Notes: generated by a model from the sequence alone, not told the origin. A stretch of DNA of 64,000 nucleotides from Candidatus Adlerbacteria bacterium (GCA_903851045.1 CAINNF010000010.1:1258-65257), one strand, 5' to 3'; positions 12,026 through 22,664 are shown, counted from the first letter of the stretch. Program-made: numbers and translations.

Positions 12026-12973
12026 ATGGACAAGGCAAAGATCACCCCAAAAGATTTCTTTCTCTGGGCTGGAGCGATAGTCTCGTTCTACTGGAGCATC
12101 GTCGCGTTCATTTTTCTTATCTTCGAGTACATCAACTACGCGATGCCCGACCCGCTCGGGTACTATCCGGCCGACCCTTACCAAAGCAGCATACCGTACG
12201 AAATGGCCTCTATCATAGTGCTTTTTCCGCTCTACCTTCTGCTTGCCTGGATGATCCGACGTGATATCGACAAGGATGAGTCGCGTGCGCAGATATGGGT
12301 TCGACGGTGGGCGATACTGCTCACGTTGTTCATCGCGGGCGTTACCGTGGCGATCGATCTCATCACCCTTCTTACCACCTTCTTGCGTGGAGATGAGATC
12401 ACGCTCGCGTTCATACTCAAAGTGCTCATCGTCCTCCTCGTTGCCGCGGGCGTCTTCATGCACTTCATCGCCGACCTGTGGGGATATTGGGGCATGTTCC
12501 CGTCACGTCGCGACCGGGTGGTGGCGGGTGTCGTCGTACTCGCACTGAGCACCATCGCAACTGGTTTTCTGATCATCGGCACACCGCAGCAGGCGCGATT
12601 GTATCGCTTCGATACTCAAAAGGTGACTGACCTGACGAACATCCAATCACAGGTGGTGAGTTACTACCAACAGAAGCAAAGGTTGCCGACGATGCTTGCG
12701 AGTCTGACCGATCCGATCTCCGGTTTTACGGTACCGACCGACGCACAGACGAAGCAACCATACGAATATCAGACGACCGGGGGGCTTGCGTTCCAACTGT
12801 GTGCGACCTTTAACAAAGAAAGCCGCACGATGTCCCAAAATAACGTGACCTATCCGGCCCTGCCAGGGCTTAGGAGTGCGAACAATTGGCAACATGGCGC
12901 GGGACGTGTATGCTTCGACCGAACGATAGACCCGCAGCTGTACCCGACCACGACGCCAGTGAAAAACTTCTAA
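12026..12973 (+). CDS. DUF5671-like membrane protein with pilin-like C-terminal domain
   Basis: Five TM segments, then D..KV.DL..IQ...YY...LP and YEY...FQLCATF motifs. Confidence 0.7.
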   Translation: MDKAKITPKDFFLWAGAIVSFYWSIVAFIFLIFEYINYAMPDPLGYYPADPYQSSIPYEMASIIVLFPLYLLLAWMIRRDIDKDESRAQIWVRRWAILLTLFIAGVTVAIDLITLLTTFLRGDEITLAFILKVLIVLLVAAGVFMHFIADLWGYWGMFPSRRDRVVAGVVVLALSTIATGFLIIGTPQQARLYRFDTQKVTDLTNIQSQVVSYYQQKQRLPTMLASLTDPISGFTVPTDAQTKQPYEYQTTGGLAFQLCATFNKESRTMSQNNVTYPALPGLRSANNWQHGAGRVCFDRTIDPQLYPTTTPVKNF

Positions 12974-12981
12974 TCATTGCG

Positions 12982-15465
12982 ATGGACACATACGACCCCA
13001 AAAAAATAGAGAGGAAGTGGCAAGCCCGATGGGAAAAGGAGCAGACGTTTCGAACGGACGAAGATTCATCTAAGGAGAAGTTGTACGTGCTCGACATGTT
13101 CCCGTACCCATCCGGTTCCGGCCTGCATGTTGGCCATGTGGAGGGATATGCTGCTACCGACATCTACAGTCGCTACCAACGCACGAAGGGGTACAATGTG
13201 CTCCATCCGATGGGCTGGGACGCGTTCGGACTTCCGGCAGAGAATTACGCCATCAAGACCGGTGTCCCTCCTCACACGACGACCGCTGACGCTATAGGTA
13301 CGTTCCGCTCGCAGATGCGGTCACTCGGCCTTTCGTACGACTGGAGTCGAGAGATCGGGACGTACCTGCCCGAGTACTACAAGTGGACGCAATGGTTCTT
13401 CCTCTTTCTCTTCAAAAACGGACTTGCTGAAAAACGACTGGCAAAAGTGAATTGGTGCCCGAAGGACCAGACCGTCCTCGCGAACGAGCAGACGGTCAGC
13501 GAGTCGGGAGAGAAGGGTGTCTGTGTACGCTGTGGCACGAAGATCATCCAAAAAGACCTTGAACAGTGGTTCTTCAAGATAACCGAGTTTTCTGATGCGC
13601 TCATCGACGACCTCGATACGGTCGACTGGCCGGAGTCGACGAAGATCAACCAACGCAACTGGATAGGCCGCAGCGAGGGCGCCGAGATCGAGTTCGCCCT
13701 GTCCGCGGGCGACATCAAGGTCAAAGTGTTTACCACGCGACCGGACACGCTCTTCGGTGCGACCTATATGGTGCTCGCACCGGAACATCCTTTGGTCGCA
13801 ACATTGATCAAGGAACAGCGTCTGGAGAATACGGACGAGGTGGCGGCATACGTTGCTGCTGCAGCGAATAAAACCGACCTCGACCGCCAGACGGAGGAAA
13901 AAGAAAAGACCGGCGTCGAACTCAAGGGAATTACAGCAGTTAACCCCGCGAACAAAAAAGAGATTCCCCTCTTTGTCGCCGACTATGTGCTCGGCGGCTA
14001 CGGCACCGGAGCCATCATGGCTGTTCCTGCACACGATGAACGCGATTTCGCATTTGCTCGAACACGCCGTCTTCCTATCATAGAAGTAATCGCAAACACC
14101 AGGAGATGGGACGATCCCGTTATGGGAGGTATGAGATTGGCAGATCAGTTACCTTTTATTGGCGGAGGAACTTTAATTAATTCCGAAAATTTTAATGGTC
14201 TTACAAACGAAGAAGCTAAGAAGAAGATAACCGAGTTTGTGAGCGGGAAGCTCACTAAGACGTACAAACTGCGGGATTGGTTGATCAGTCGCCAGCGGTA
14301 CTGGGGTGCGCCGATCCCGGTGGTGTATGACCCACAGGGGAAGGCCCATCCGGTGCCCGAAGAACATCTGCCGTGGTTGCTACCGACCGATGTGGAATTC
14401 CGTCCGACCGGCACCTCACCGCTTGGTCTTTCCAAGGAGCTTCAAGAGCGTACCGAGCGCATATTCGGCAAGGGGTGGCGGCCGGAGATCGACACAATGG
14501 ACACGTTCGTCTGTTCGTCGTGGTACTACTTCCGCTTTGGCGACCCGCGCAATGAGCACACTTTCGCAAGCAAGGAGTCAATCGCGAAGTGGCAGCCGGT
14601 AGACCTCTACATGGGCGGCGCGGAGCATACGGTACTACACCTTATGTATGCGCGATTCTTTACGAAGGCACTTCATAAGTTTGGCCAGATCGATTTTATA
14701 GAGCCGTTCACGAAGTTGCGACACCAAGGTATGATCTTGGCCGAAGACAGCACCAAAATGTCGAAGTCGAAAGGGAACGTCATTAACCCCGACGACATGG
14801 TGGCCCTCTATGGAGCCGACACGATACGTATGTACGAGATGTTCATGGGGCCACTTGAGGCGATGAAGCCATGGAGCACGAAGAGTATCGTGGGAGTGCG
14901 TCGCTTTCTTGAGCGCACCTGGTCGCTGGCTGAAAAGGTCGCCGACGTGCCGCTCGAGCCAGAGACGGAAACACTTGTACACCAGACGATCCGCAAGGTC
15001 GGGGAGGATATCGAGGCGCTTAAGATGAACACGGCGGTATCAGCGCTCATGATTCTCGTGAATCATCTACATTCGCTCGAGAAGGTTCCTGCACTAACCT
15101 ACACGACACTTCTGCAACTGCTCGCACCGTTCGCTCCCCACATGAGCGAGGAGCTGTGGGAAAAGTTGGGGCACACGGAGTCCATACAGGTTGCTGCGTG
15201 GCCGCTGTTCGATGCCGCCAAGACATTGGCCCCTACCGCACACATCGCCGTACAAATAAACGGCAAGGTTCGCGTCACGATCGAACTACCAACGAACGCC
15301 ACCGAAGCCGAGGCGCTCGGCGTAGCCCGCGCGGACGAAGTGGTGGCGAAATGGCTCGCACAGGGGAGCGAGGTCAAGGCCGTGTACGTCCCTGGACGAA
15401 TACTTAACTTCGTCATCAACGTCGCGCATAACGGGTCTCCGATCGCGGGCTCAGAAAAGAGTTAG
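12982..15465 (+). CDS. leuS: Leucine--tRNA ligase
   Basis: DMFPYPSG.GLHVGH, GTGAIMAVPAHD and KMSKS motifs. Confidence 0.98.
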   Translation: MDTYDPKKIERKWQARWEKEQTFRTDEDSSKEKLYVLDMFPYPSGSGLHVGHVEGYAATDIYSRYQRTKGYNVLHPMGWDAFGLPAENYAIKTGVPPHTTTADAIGTFRSQMRSLGLSYDWSREIGTYLPEYYKWTQWFFLFLFKNGLAEKRLAKVNWCPKDQTVLANEQTVSESGEKGVCVRCGTKIIQKDLEQWFFKITEFSDALIDDLDTVDWPESTKINQRNWIGRSEGAEIEFALSAGDIKVKVFTTRPDTLFGATYMVLAPEHPLVATLIKEQRLENTDEVAAYVAAAANKTDLDRQTEEKEKTGVELKGITAVNPANKKEIPLFVADYVLGGYGTGAIMAVPAHDERDFAFARTRRLPIIEVIANTRRWDDPVMGGMRLADQLPFIGGGTLINSENFNGLTNEEAKKKITEFVSGKLTKTYKLRDWLISRQRYWGAPIPVVYDPQGKAHPVPEEHLPWLLPTDVEFRPTGTSPLGLSKELQERTERIFGKGWRPEIDTMDTFVCSSWYYFRFGDPRNEHTFASKESIAKWQPVDLYMGGAEHTVLHLMYARFFTKALHKFGQIDFIEPFTKLRHQGMILAEDSTKMSKSKGNVINPDDMVALYGADTIRMYEMFMGPLEAMKPWSTKSIVGVRRFLERTWSLAEKVADVPLEPETETLVHQTIRKVGEDIEALKMNTAVSALMILVNHLHSLEKVPALTYTTLLQLLAPFAPHMSEELWEKLGHTESIQVAAWPLFDAAKTLAPTAHIAVQINGKVRVTIELPTNATEAEALGVARADEVVAKWLAQGSEVKAVYVPGRILNFVINVAHNGSPIAGSEKS

Positions 15466-15557
15466 TTTTTTAATGGAGATCCTTTTCCCGGGGTCCGAGT
15501 GCGAAATTGACAATAATTGACCTTAATAGTAACCTGTGCTACAAATAGACAATAATT

Positions 15558-16601
15558 ATGACACAAACAACAGAAAAAGCAGGTTTTAAGCCAAAGAATA
15601 TAGTGCGCCGCCTATTGAGTTCGCTCCCTGAGCGGTCCCGGATCGTGCTCGAAGCGCGCTTCGGTTTGGGCCAGGACCCTGAGCGCGTGACGCTCGAATC
15701 TATCGGTAAACGATACGATATTACCCGTGAACGCGTTCGCCAGATCGAGAACCACGCCCTTAACTCGCTGAAGAAGTCACCCGCCTTCGCCGAGGCGCAT
15801 GCGGCCTTCGAAGAACTCGAGCAGGTCATAGATTCTCTTGGCGGTATCGTGTGCGAGGATGACCTGCTCAACTTCATGTCCAAGGACAAGAGTATGCAGA
15901 ACTACATCTACTTCCTACTTGTCCTGGGTGATCCGTTCAAATACCGAAAGGAGGACGACGAGGCTGAGCGTTGCTGGTACGTCGACCATGATCTTGCGGA
16001 GAAGGTACAAAGCGCGCTTCAGCGACTGTACAAGGGTCTATCCGACGAAGAACTCATCCCCGAAGGCGAGATGCTCAACCGTTTCCTCAAAGAGCTCGAG
16101 AACATCAACAACAAGTATCGCAACGAGGAGGTTTTGAAGCGTTGGCTCTCTATTTCCAAAAGCATCGGCAAGAATCCGCTCGGTGAGTGGGGGCACGCCG
16201 CATCACCGAACGTGAAGACCAAGGGCGTGCGTGACTATGCATACCTTGCGGTGAAGAAGCATGGATCACCGCTCCACTTCCGCGAAGTAGCGCAGCTCAT
16301 CGAGAAGATGTTCAACCGAAAGGCACACATCGCGACGACACATAACGAACTCATCAAGGACAATCGTTTTGTGTTGGTCGGACGAGGTATGTACGCGCTC
16401 AAGGAGTGGGGATATACGTCGGGTGTCGTACGCGATGTCATCCGCGAAGTACTGCGCGACAAAGGAGCCTTGACCAAGGACGAGATCATCGAAAAGGTCC
16501 TTAAGGAACGTCACGTGAAGCCCGGCACCATCGTCGTCAATCTACAGAATCAAAAATACTTTAAAAAGAACAAGGAGGGAAAGTTCTCACTCGTGAAATA
16601 A
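15558..16601 (+). CDS. Sigma70 region-4 HTH fused to RNAP delta/HARE-like winged-HTH domains
   Basis: TLESIGKRYDITRERVRQIE; PLHFREVA...HNELIKDNRFVLVGRGMYALKEW. Confidence 0.8.
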   Translation: MTQTTEKAGFKPKNIVRRLLSSLPERSRIVLEARFGLGQDPERVTLESIGKRYDITRERVRQIENHALNSLKKSPAFAEAHAAFEELEQVIDSLGGIVCEDDLLNFMSKDKSMQNYIYFLLVLGDPFKYRKEDDEAERCWYVDHDLAEKVQSALQRLYKGLSDEELIPEGEMLNRFLKELENINNKYRNEEVLKRWLSISKSIGKNPLGEWGHAASPNVKTKGVRDYAYLAVKKHGSPLHFREVAQLIEKMFNRKAHIATTHNELIKDNRFVLVGRGMYALKEWGYTSGVVRDVIREVLRDKGALTKDEIIEKVLKERHVKPGTIVVNLQNQKYFKKNKEGKFSLVK

Positions 16602-16640
16602 GAAAAAAGCTGGCCGAACGGTCAGCTTTTTTCTTTTTTG
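16602..16640. terminator. Bidirectional terminator
   Basis: GAAAAAAGCTGGCC-GAAC-GGTCAGCTTTTTTC. Confidence 0.8.
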
Positions 16641-16981
16641 AACGCTATATCCAACATATACAGGATTACCACCAGCACCGCATAGGAACAAATGATGGTA
16701 CCGGTCTTGCGTAGATCAGCAGTATCGAACCCGATCAGTGTCACGAACCCGCGGATGGCGACCCACAGAACGAACATGTTCACCATCAGTGCCACACCCC
16801 AACCGACGCGCATGCGGGCAAGTTCGGTGTGTTCGTCATCACCGTCGATGTAAAAAAGCTGGTTCAAACCCGCGAGGAAACCGCGCAGGAATATCAGGAA
16901 CCCCATACACGCCCCGAACGCCAACACTGCTCCTATATAGTAGAGCGGGTGTGTAACGATCATGATGAGCAAAGCATCCAT
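16622..16981 (-). CDS. Small membrane protein, VirB2/TrbC-pilin-like
   Basis: TM-G(DDE)...R..WG..TM pattern typical of CPR pilins, plus a third TM. Confidence 0.55.
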   Translation of the reverse strand: MDALLIMIVTHPLYYIGAVLAFGACMGFLIFLRGFLAGLNQLFYIDGDDEHTELARMRVGWGVALMVNMFVLWVAIRGFVTLIGFDTADLRKTGTIICSYAVLVVILYMLDIAFKKEKS

Positions 16982-17043
16982 AGCAAGAAATCTCTTGGTG
17001 TATACTATATCATACGATGCTCGGGTATAAGGTCGGGAAGAAT

Positions 17044-18390
17044 ATGTCAGAGTGGCTGAGCGGTTGGGCGTTCGACCCGCTTGTCGTCATGCCGATTGTG
17101 TTCGTATTCCTTTTGTTCGTCGTCGACGCCTATGACCCGGAGACGTTGTCGAACGGGTTAGCGATGGTGGTCGCCACCTCTCCCATTTGGCTTCCGCTCT
17201 ATCTGGGGGTCTTTTTTTGGGTCTCCTGGATAGACTATATACGCTTCATGTATTGGTTCGGTCTCGATTTCGTTGTGCTCGAGGTCCAGCTGCCACAGAC
17301 GGTAGATAAGAACCCGATGGCCATAGAGATGTTTCTCGCGACATTCCATAACGCTGGCGGGGAGACGACATTCATTGCGCGCGTATGGAAAGGCTCCTTT
17401 CGGCCGCTCTGGTCATTGGAGATCGCAAGCAATGAGGGTCGCATAGGGTACTACATGCATATGCGACGCGCGTTCCGCAATATCGTCGAAGCGCGTCTCT
17501 ACGGGCAGTTTCCTGAGGCGAAGGTGGTGGAGGTCGACGATTATGCGACCCAGGTACCGTTCAACCAAGAAGAGTATACGATCTTCGGTGGTGAGTATCG
17601 CAAAGGTGCGCTCGGTGCGCTCCCTATCAAAACATACATCGACTATGGTCTGGACAAAGACCCGAAAGAGGAGTTCAAGATCGACCCCATTACGAGCATC
17701 CTGGAGCTGTTCAGCCAGGTAGGGAAGAACGAGCACTTTTGGCTTCAGATCATACTGAAGGCCCGACGAAACGAGTCGGAGTGGTATGGATTCAGGAACA
17801 AGGCGAACGACAACTTTCGAAACCCTGCGAAAAAGGAGGTCAAGAAGTTGATCAAAGCCGCTGCAGAACGAGCGGGCGAGCTCGTGACCGACGAGTCAGC
17901 GAAAAAATCGATCGCCTCCCGCGGCATCACCTTGCTTTCGGAAGGCGAGAAAGCTCGTGTCGAAGCAATCGAGCGTTCATTGTCGAAACTCACGTTCGAG
18001 TGCGGGATTCGTGTCGTCTATATAGCGAAAAAAGATAATTTTGCTGGTATTAACGCTGGTGCCATCATCCGTTTTTTTGACGCGTTTAAGGGTCAGGATG
18101 CCGACCGTGAATACAACGCGCTCGGTATCACCGGTGGCACGACGATCTTTGACTATCCATGGCAAGATTTTATGGATATCCGCCTAAAGATACTGTGCGA
18201 CAATCTGTACTTCCAATACAAGAACCGCGCGTACTTCTATGTTCCCTACGATCAGGTGCCTGTGTTCATGACGACCGAAGAGATAGCGACCCTGTGGCAC
18301 TTCCCGAGTTCGATCATACAGACGCCAGGACTCAACCGCGTCCCATCGCGTCGGTCGGAAGCACCGATCAATCTACCTACTGGCCTATAA
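17044..18390 (+). CDS. Conserved CPR hypothetical membrane-anchored protein
   Basis: N-terminal TMs, SLEIAS, .Y.QFP.A...EVDDY and EIATLWHFP motifs; start 17017 or 17044. Confidence 0.8.
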   Translation: MSEWLSGWAFDPLVVMPIVFVFLLFVVDAYDPETLSNGLAMVVATSPIWLPLYLGVFFWVSWIDYIRFMYWFGLDFVVLEVQLPQTVDKNPMAIEMFLATFHNAGGETTFIARVWKGSFRPLWSLEIASNEGRIGYYMHMRRAFRNIVEARLYGQFPEAKVVEVDDYATQVPFNQEEYTIFGGEYRKGALGALPIKTYIDYGLDKDPKEEFKIDPITSILELFSQVGKNEHFWLQIILKARRNESEWYGFRNKANDNFRNPAKKEVKKLIKAAAERAGELVTDESAKKSIASRGITLLSEGEKARVEAIERSLSKLTFECGIRVVYIAKKDNFAGINAGAIIRFFDAFKGQDADREYNALGITGGTTIFDYPWQDFMDIRLKILCDNLYFQYKNRAYFYVPYDQVPVFMTTEEIATLWHFPSSIIQTPGLNRVPSRRSEAPINLPTGL

Positions 18391-18400
18391 TACTTGTCAT

Positions 18401-19444
18401 ATGCCTGAAGAAAAAAAACCCTTGCACCGTCGTGTACGTACGCACATCACCCGGACCCTGGGCTCGTATAGTGAGTGGGCTCGGTGGTGGCGCTTGTACG
18501 ATCGGATACTTCCGACAGCGTTCCTGTTTGGCGTACTCTGTTTTTTGGTGTACTACCTCACCATCGCCCCACCGATACGGTTTCCCGGTGCATCATTGAT
18601 GAAGGTCGGCAAAGATGAGCCGATAGACCAGGTCGCCCAAGAATTGCAAGATCGGCATCTTATACAATCACACCGGATCTTTATAGCCGTCGCCCGCGCT
18701 TATGGGGCAAGAACGCAGGTCACTGCCGGAGAATATTTCTTTCCCGGGCCGCAGTCAGTCGTGACCATCGCGCGGCGTCTCGCGCGCGGTGATTATGAGT
18801 TGGTACCGGTAAAGGTGATTATCCCCGAAGGAACCAATACCTTCCAAATGGCCGATATCCTTACCGCCAAGATACCGGACTTCGACAAAGCCTCTTTCGT
18901 CGAGGATGCCCAAGCAAAAGAAGGATACTTGTTCCCTGACTCATACTACTTCTTACCCGGTGAGGACCCGCTCGACGTCCTTTCGACCATGGAATCAAAT
19001 TTCAAACGTCACGTCTCCGAAGAGAAGGCTGCGACTGAGATCTCGCAGTTCGGCAAACCTCTCAACGACATCATCACCATGGCATCGCTCCTTGAAAAGG
19101 AAGCGAACGATACGCAAAGCCGGCGGGTGATAGCGGGCATCCTATGGAAACGCCTCAGTATCGGTATGCCGCTCCAGGTCGATGCGGTGTTCCCATACAT
19201 CATAGGTAAGAACTCCTTACAGTTGACCAGGACCGATTTGAAGACCGCATCGCCGTACAATACGTACATCAACAAAGGACTCCCTCCTGGACCGATCACG
19301 AATCCTGGGTTAGATTCTATTCTTGCGGCCGTGGAACCCGTACCATCCAAATATCTGTACTATCTCTCGGATCTCCACGGACAATTCCACTATAGCGTGA
19401 CCTATGCTCAACAACTTGCGAACCAAAAAAAATACCTCCCCTAA
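18401..19444 (+). CDS. mltG: Endolytic transglycosylase MltG
   Basis: EGYLFPDSY, MASLLEKE and SPYNTY..KGLPPGPI.NPG motifs. Confidence 0.95.
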   Translation: MPEEKKPLHRRVRTHITRTLGSYSEWARWWRLYDRILPTAFLFGVLCFLVYYLTIAPPIRFPGASLMKVGKDEPIDQVAQELQDRHLIQSHRIFIAVARAYGARTQVTAGEYFFPGPQSVVTIARRLARGDYELVPVKVIIPEGTNTFQMADILTAKIPDFDKASFVEDAQAKEGYLFPDSYYFLPGEDPLDVLSTMESNFKRHVSEEKAATEISQFGKPLNDIITMASLLEKEANDTQSRRVIAGILWKRLSIGMPLQVDAVFPYIIGKNSLQLTRTDLKTASPYNTYINKGLPPGPITNPGLDSILAAVEPVPSKYLYYLSDLHGQFHYSVTYAQQLANQKKYLP

Positions 19445-20507
19445 AAAAGTCTTTGTCGGGCTTTCCGGCGGTGTCGACTCTGCCGTCTCTGCTGCGTTGT
19501 TAGTGCGCGCAGGATACGACGTGACTGGTGTCTTTATTCGCATCGTTCTGCCGGGGTATCCGTGTCCCGCAGTGACGGATCGGCAGGATGCGATGCGTGT
19601 CGCTGCGCATCTGAAGATACCGTTTCGAGATATCGATCTATCGAAACAATATGAGGAACGCGTATTCAAGCACACACTCGAAGAATACGCCCGTGGACGC
19701 ACACCGAATCCAGACGTCCTTTGCAATCGAGAGATAAAGTTCGGATTGTTCTTCGAATACGCTATGCGCGAAGGTGCCACCTACGTCGCGACCGGACACT
19801 ATGCACGCACGAAACAGGAAGATGGTCACACCCTACTGTACACAGGCAACGACACCGCCAAGGACCAAAGCTATTTTCTGTGGATGGTGCCGGAAACGCA
19901 GCTCGCCAAGACACTGTTTCCCGTCGGTGCACTGCAAAAATCACAGGTCCGCGCACTTGCTCTGAAGTTCGGGTTACCGAACGCGACGCGCAAAGACAGC
20001 CAAGGGTTGTGTTTCTTGGGCGCTATCGCCATGGACACGATGTTAACGCGCGAACTACATCCGCTCCCGGGAGATGTCGTGTCCGAGGATGGGCACGTGA
20101 TCGGATGCCATAACGGCGCGCTCTTGTATACCCTGGGTCAACGACACGGGTTCATCGTGCAACATCGATCACCGGACGATCAGCGGCCGCTATACGTCAT
20201 AGCGAAGGATACGACCCATAACACGATCACCGTATCCGCACAAGCGTTCCCGCCACACGCCTCGAAGACATCCATATCGTTGACGTCATGCAATTGGATA
20301 GGACCTGTCTCGACAGGTACAGGAGCCGCTCGATATCGATACCGCCAAGCGTTGATCAAGACGCACGTGCGGTCGATCGGAGATACGACGACGCTCGAAC
20401 TCCTCGAGCCACAGTATGTCCCCGCCGGACAATCGTTGGTGGTATACCTCAAAGACCGCTGTCTTGGTGGGGGGGTTGTTGATAAGTCGATACCTCTGTT
20501 CGATTGA
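19404..20507 (+). CDS. mnmA: tRNA 2-thiouridylase MnmA
   Basis: SGGVDS, TPNPDVLCNREIKF, KDQSYFL and DSQGLCF motifs. Confidence 0.96.
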   Translation: MLNNLRTKKNTSPKKVFVGLSGGVDSAVSAALLVRAGYDVTGVFIRIVLPGYPCPAVTDRQDAMRVAAHLKIPFRDIDLSKQYEERVFKHTLEEYARGRTPNPDVLCNREIKFGLFFEYAMREGATYVATGHYARTKQEDGHTLLYTGNDTAKDQSYFLWMVPETQLAKTLFPVGALQKSQVRALALKFGLPNATRKDSQGLCFLGAIAMDTMLTRELHPLPGDVVSEDGHVIGCHNGALLYTLGQRHGFIVQHRSPDDQRPLYVIAKDTTHNTITVSAQAFPPHASKTSISLTSCNWIGPVSTGTGAARYRYRQALIKTHVRSIGDTTTLELLEPQYVPAGQSLVVYLKDRCLGGGVVDKSIPLFD

Positions 20508-20524
20508 CAGCGTATACTTGAGAC

Positions 20525-20983
20525 ATGAAAAAGGAGGTGGGTGCGTTCTCTCTCATTATTTTTTTGTTCGTCATCGTTGTCACCTGGTGGGCGGTCTCGT
20601 CTTTTCGGGTCCCGGTACTTCAAACAGGCGTGGTCGCTACGAATACTCCCACCGCCAACACCGAGGAGTACGTACCGAGTGGACCTGTCCAGATATATCA
20701 CTCTACGAGCAAAGGGTCCGAGGTGTATCATGGTTCGTTCAATATCCCGAGCTGTGATAATTTCTTGACGGGTATTTCGACCTCGGGGAACCAGCCGACA
20801 CATCTGAGACTTTCCTTTACTATCTCGAAACAGTCCCAGGACTGCACATCCGCCTCACCGAAGGTGGCTGTGCCGTTTTCGGTAACTTACTCTTCGAGTA
20901 AGTCCAAACAAAAGCCGGTGGTTGAAAGTGTGAAGATCAATAACATGGCCGCTGCCTTCTCGGTCATTGAAGCCACGAATTAA
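20525..20983 (+). CDS. Hypothetical membrane-anchored protein
   Basis: N-terminal TM, two Cys; TATACT 6 nt upstream of ATG. Confidence 0.75.
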   Translation: MKKEVGAFSLIIFLFVIVVTWWAVSSFRVPVLQTGVVATNTPTANTEEYVPSGPVQIYHSTSKGSEVYHGSFNIPSCDNFLTGISTSGNQPTHLRLSFTISKQSQDCTSASPKVAVPFSVTYSSSKSKQKPVVESVKINNMAAAFSVIEATN

Positions 20984-20985
20984 CG

Positions 20986-21813
20986 ATGTCTGTTCTTGTC
21001 TCAAAAGCCGACGGTACCACGGAGGCGTTTGAACCTTCGAAGCTTCGGCTGTCGCTCACTCGAGCAGGGGCAGGGGAGGACGTGGTCGACAAGATACACA
21101 AAGAGATCGAAGGTGGGTTGTATGCTGGCATTTCGACGAGTCAGATATATCATCGTGCGTTCGCACTATTGCACGAGTATCGGCGCGGCGTCGCTGCCCG
21201 GTACTCACTGAAGCGGGCGGTGGATGAGTTCGGACCTTCAGGATTCCCATTCGAAGCATATCTCGCCCGACTGTTCGAAGCTGAAGGATACACGACGAAC
21301 ACGGACCAGATCGTACGAGGCGGTTGCGTCGAGCATGAGGTCGACGTGGTCATGACACGGAACCGCGAACGTGTGTTCGTGGAGGCGAAGTTCCATAATA
21401 ATCCCGGATTTAAAACCGACCTTAAAACGGTGCTGTATGTACAGGCACGCATCGAAGACATACGAAAAGCGCTTCCCGGTGCTCCCGCGAGAGGGTTAGT
21501 GGTGACGAACACGAAGTTCACCACCATAGCCACCCAATACGCACTCTGTGCGGGGCTCGACCTTTTAGCGTGGGATTACCCCGAGAAAAGCGATTTACAT
21601 GAAAGGATAGATATGGCTAAATTATATCCGGTCACCGCACTGACCACACTTTCTAAAACCGAGAAAACGGCTTTGTTGAACAAAAAAATGGTATTATGCA
21701 GCGATATTTCCCGGAATTCTCACGCACTTCCAAGCCTTGGGATCCATGGAAAACGTGCCGACGTCGTTCTCGAAGAAGTTGGAGCATTGTGTATACCAGG
21801 GAAAGATATATAA
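20986..21813 (+). CDS. ATP-cone plus Mrr-like restriction endonuclease domain protein
   Basis: V.KADG..E.F...KL ATP cone; FE....LF, EVDV, VEAK and VTN.KFT motifs. Confidence 0.85.
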   Translation: MSVLVSKADGTTEAFEPSKLRLSLTRAGAGEDVVDKIHKEIEGGLYAGISTSQIYHRAFALLHEYRRGVAARYSLKRAVDEFGPSGFPFEAYLARLFEAEGYTTNTDQIVRGGCVEHEVDVVMTRNRERVFVEAKFHNNPGFKTDLKTVLYVQARIEDIRKALPGAPARGLVVTNTKFTTIATQYALCAGLDLLAWDYPEKSDLHERIDMAKLYPVTALTTLSKTEKTALLNKKMVLCSDISRNSHALPSLGIHGKRADVVLEEVGALCIPGKDI

Positions 21814-21865
21814 TCTGGTCGGGTTTGTCTTTATACATTATTTATCTCTAACTCTATATATCCAT

Positions 21866-22648
21866 ATGGACGGTAGCAATTCGAATCAGGGGAATCAAAA
21901 TAATCAGAATCAGGGTAAGCAGAACGCTCAGCAGCACAATCAAAACCAGGCAAAGCCCGCTTTGTCGTGGTCTCAACCTGCAACAAGTTCGAACACCACA
22001 CCGAACAAGCCAGCTCTCAAAGCGACCGAACCAGTCGACCTGCAAGATGACTCGACTGGCCGAGTCATCGGCATCATCGTCGGGGTCATCATCGTCTTCG
22101 CTCTTATCGCGTGGGGCATAGTAACGCTACACAAGAACTCTGGAACAAGCGATGTATCGACAACCACGAGCGAAGCTCTAACGGGCGACGAGGCATCGAC
22201 CAGTGAGACCGCTCAGGCGGACACGCAGACGGCACCACAAACACCTGCTGCCACAGAAACTACCGAGTCAACCGCACCTGCCGCTGCGGCAACGACCGAA
22301 CCAGCAGCCACTGCCCCGGCAGGAAGCGCTTCCTTTACCGTCCCTGCCACTCAGGATGCGGGTTCACAGGTGGCGGTCACGGATTTATTGCTCAGCGCAC
22401 CGACATGGATCATCGTCTACGAAAGTGCCGATGGTTCCACCCCGGGACGTATCTTGGGAGCTGGTCTGTTCTTTGCTGGTGACAAAACCGGTACCGTATC
22501 ACTGCTGCGAGCGACCGTCTCGGGCAAGACGTATCTCGTGAGTGCTGCGCTCGACAATGGTAACAAGTCCTTCGTCAAGGCGGATGAAAAATACGTCATA
22601 GACGCGACCACGGGCACGCAGGTGTGGATGAAGTTCAAGACCCGCTAA
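21866..22648 (+). CDS. Single-pass membrane protein with N/Q-rich and T/A-rich linkers
   Basis: ATG at 21866; one TM; C-terminal beta-rich domain. Confidence 0.8.
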   Translation: MDGSNSNQGNQNNQNQGKQNAQQHNQNQAKPALSWSQPATSSNTTPNKPALKATEPVDLQDDSTGRVIGIIVGVIIVFALIAWGIVTLHKNSGTSDVSTTTSEALTGDEASTSETAQADTQTAPQTPAATETTESTAPAAAATTEPAATAPAGSASFTVPATQDAGSQVAVTDLLLSAPTWIIVYESADGSTPGRILGAGLFFAGDKTGTVSLLRATVSGKTYLVSAALDNGNKSFVKADEKYVIDATTGTQVWMKFKTR

Positions 22649-22664
22649 GGTATGATAAGGGGGT

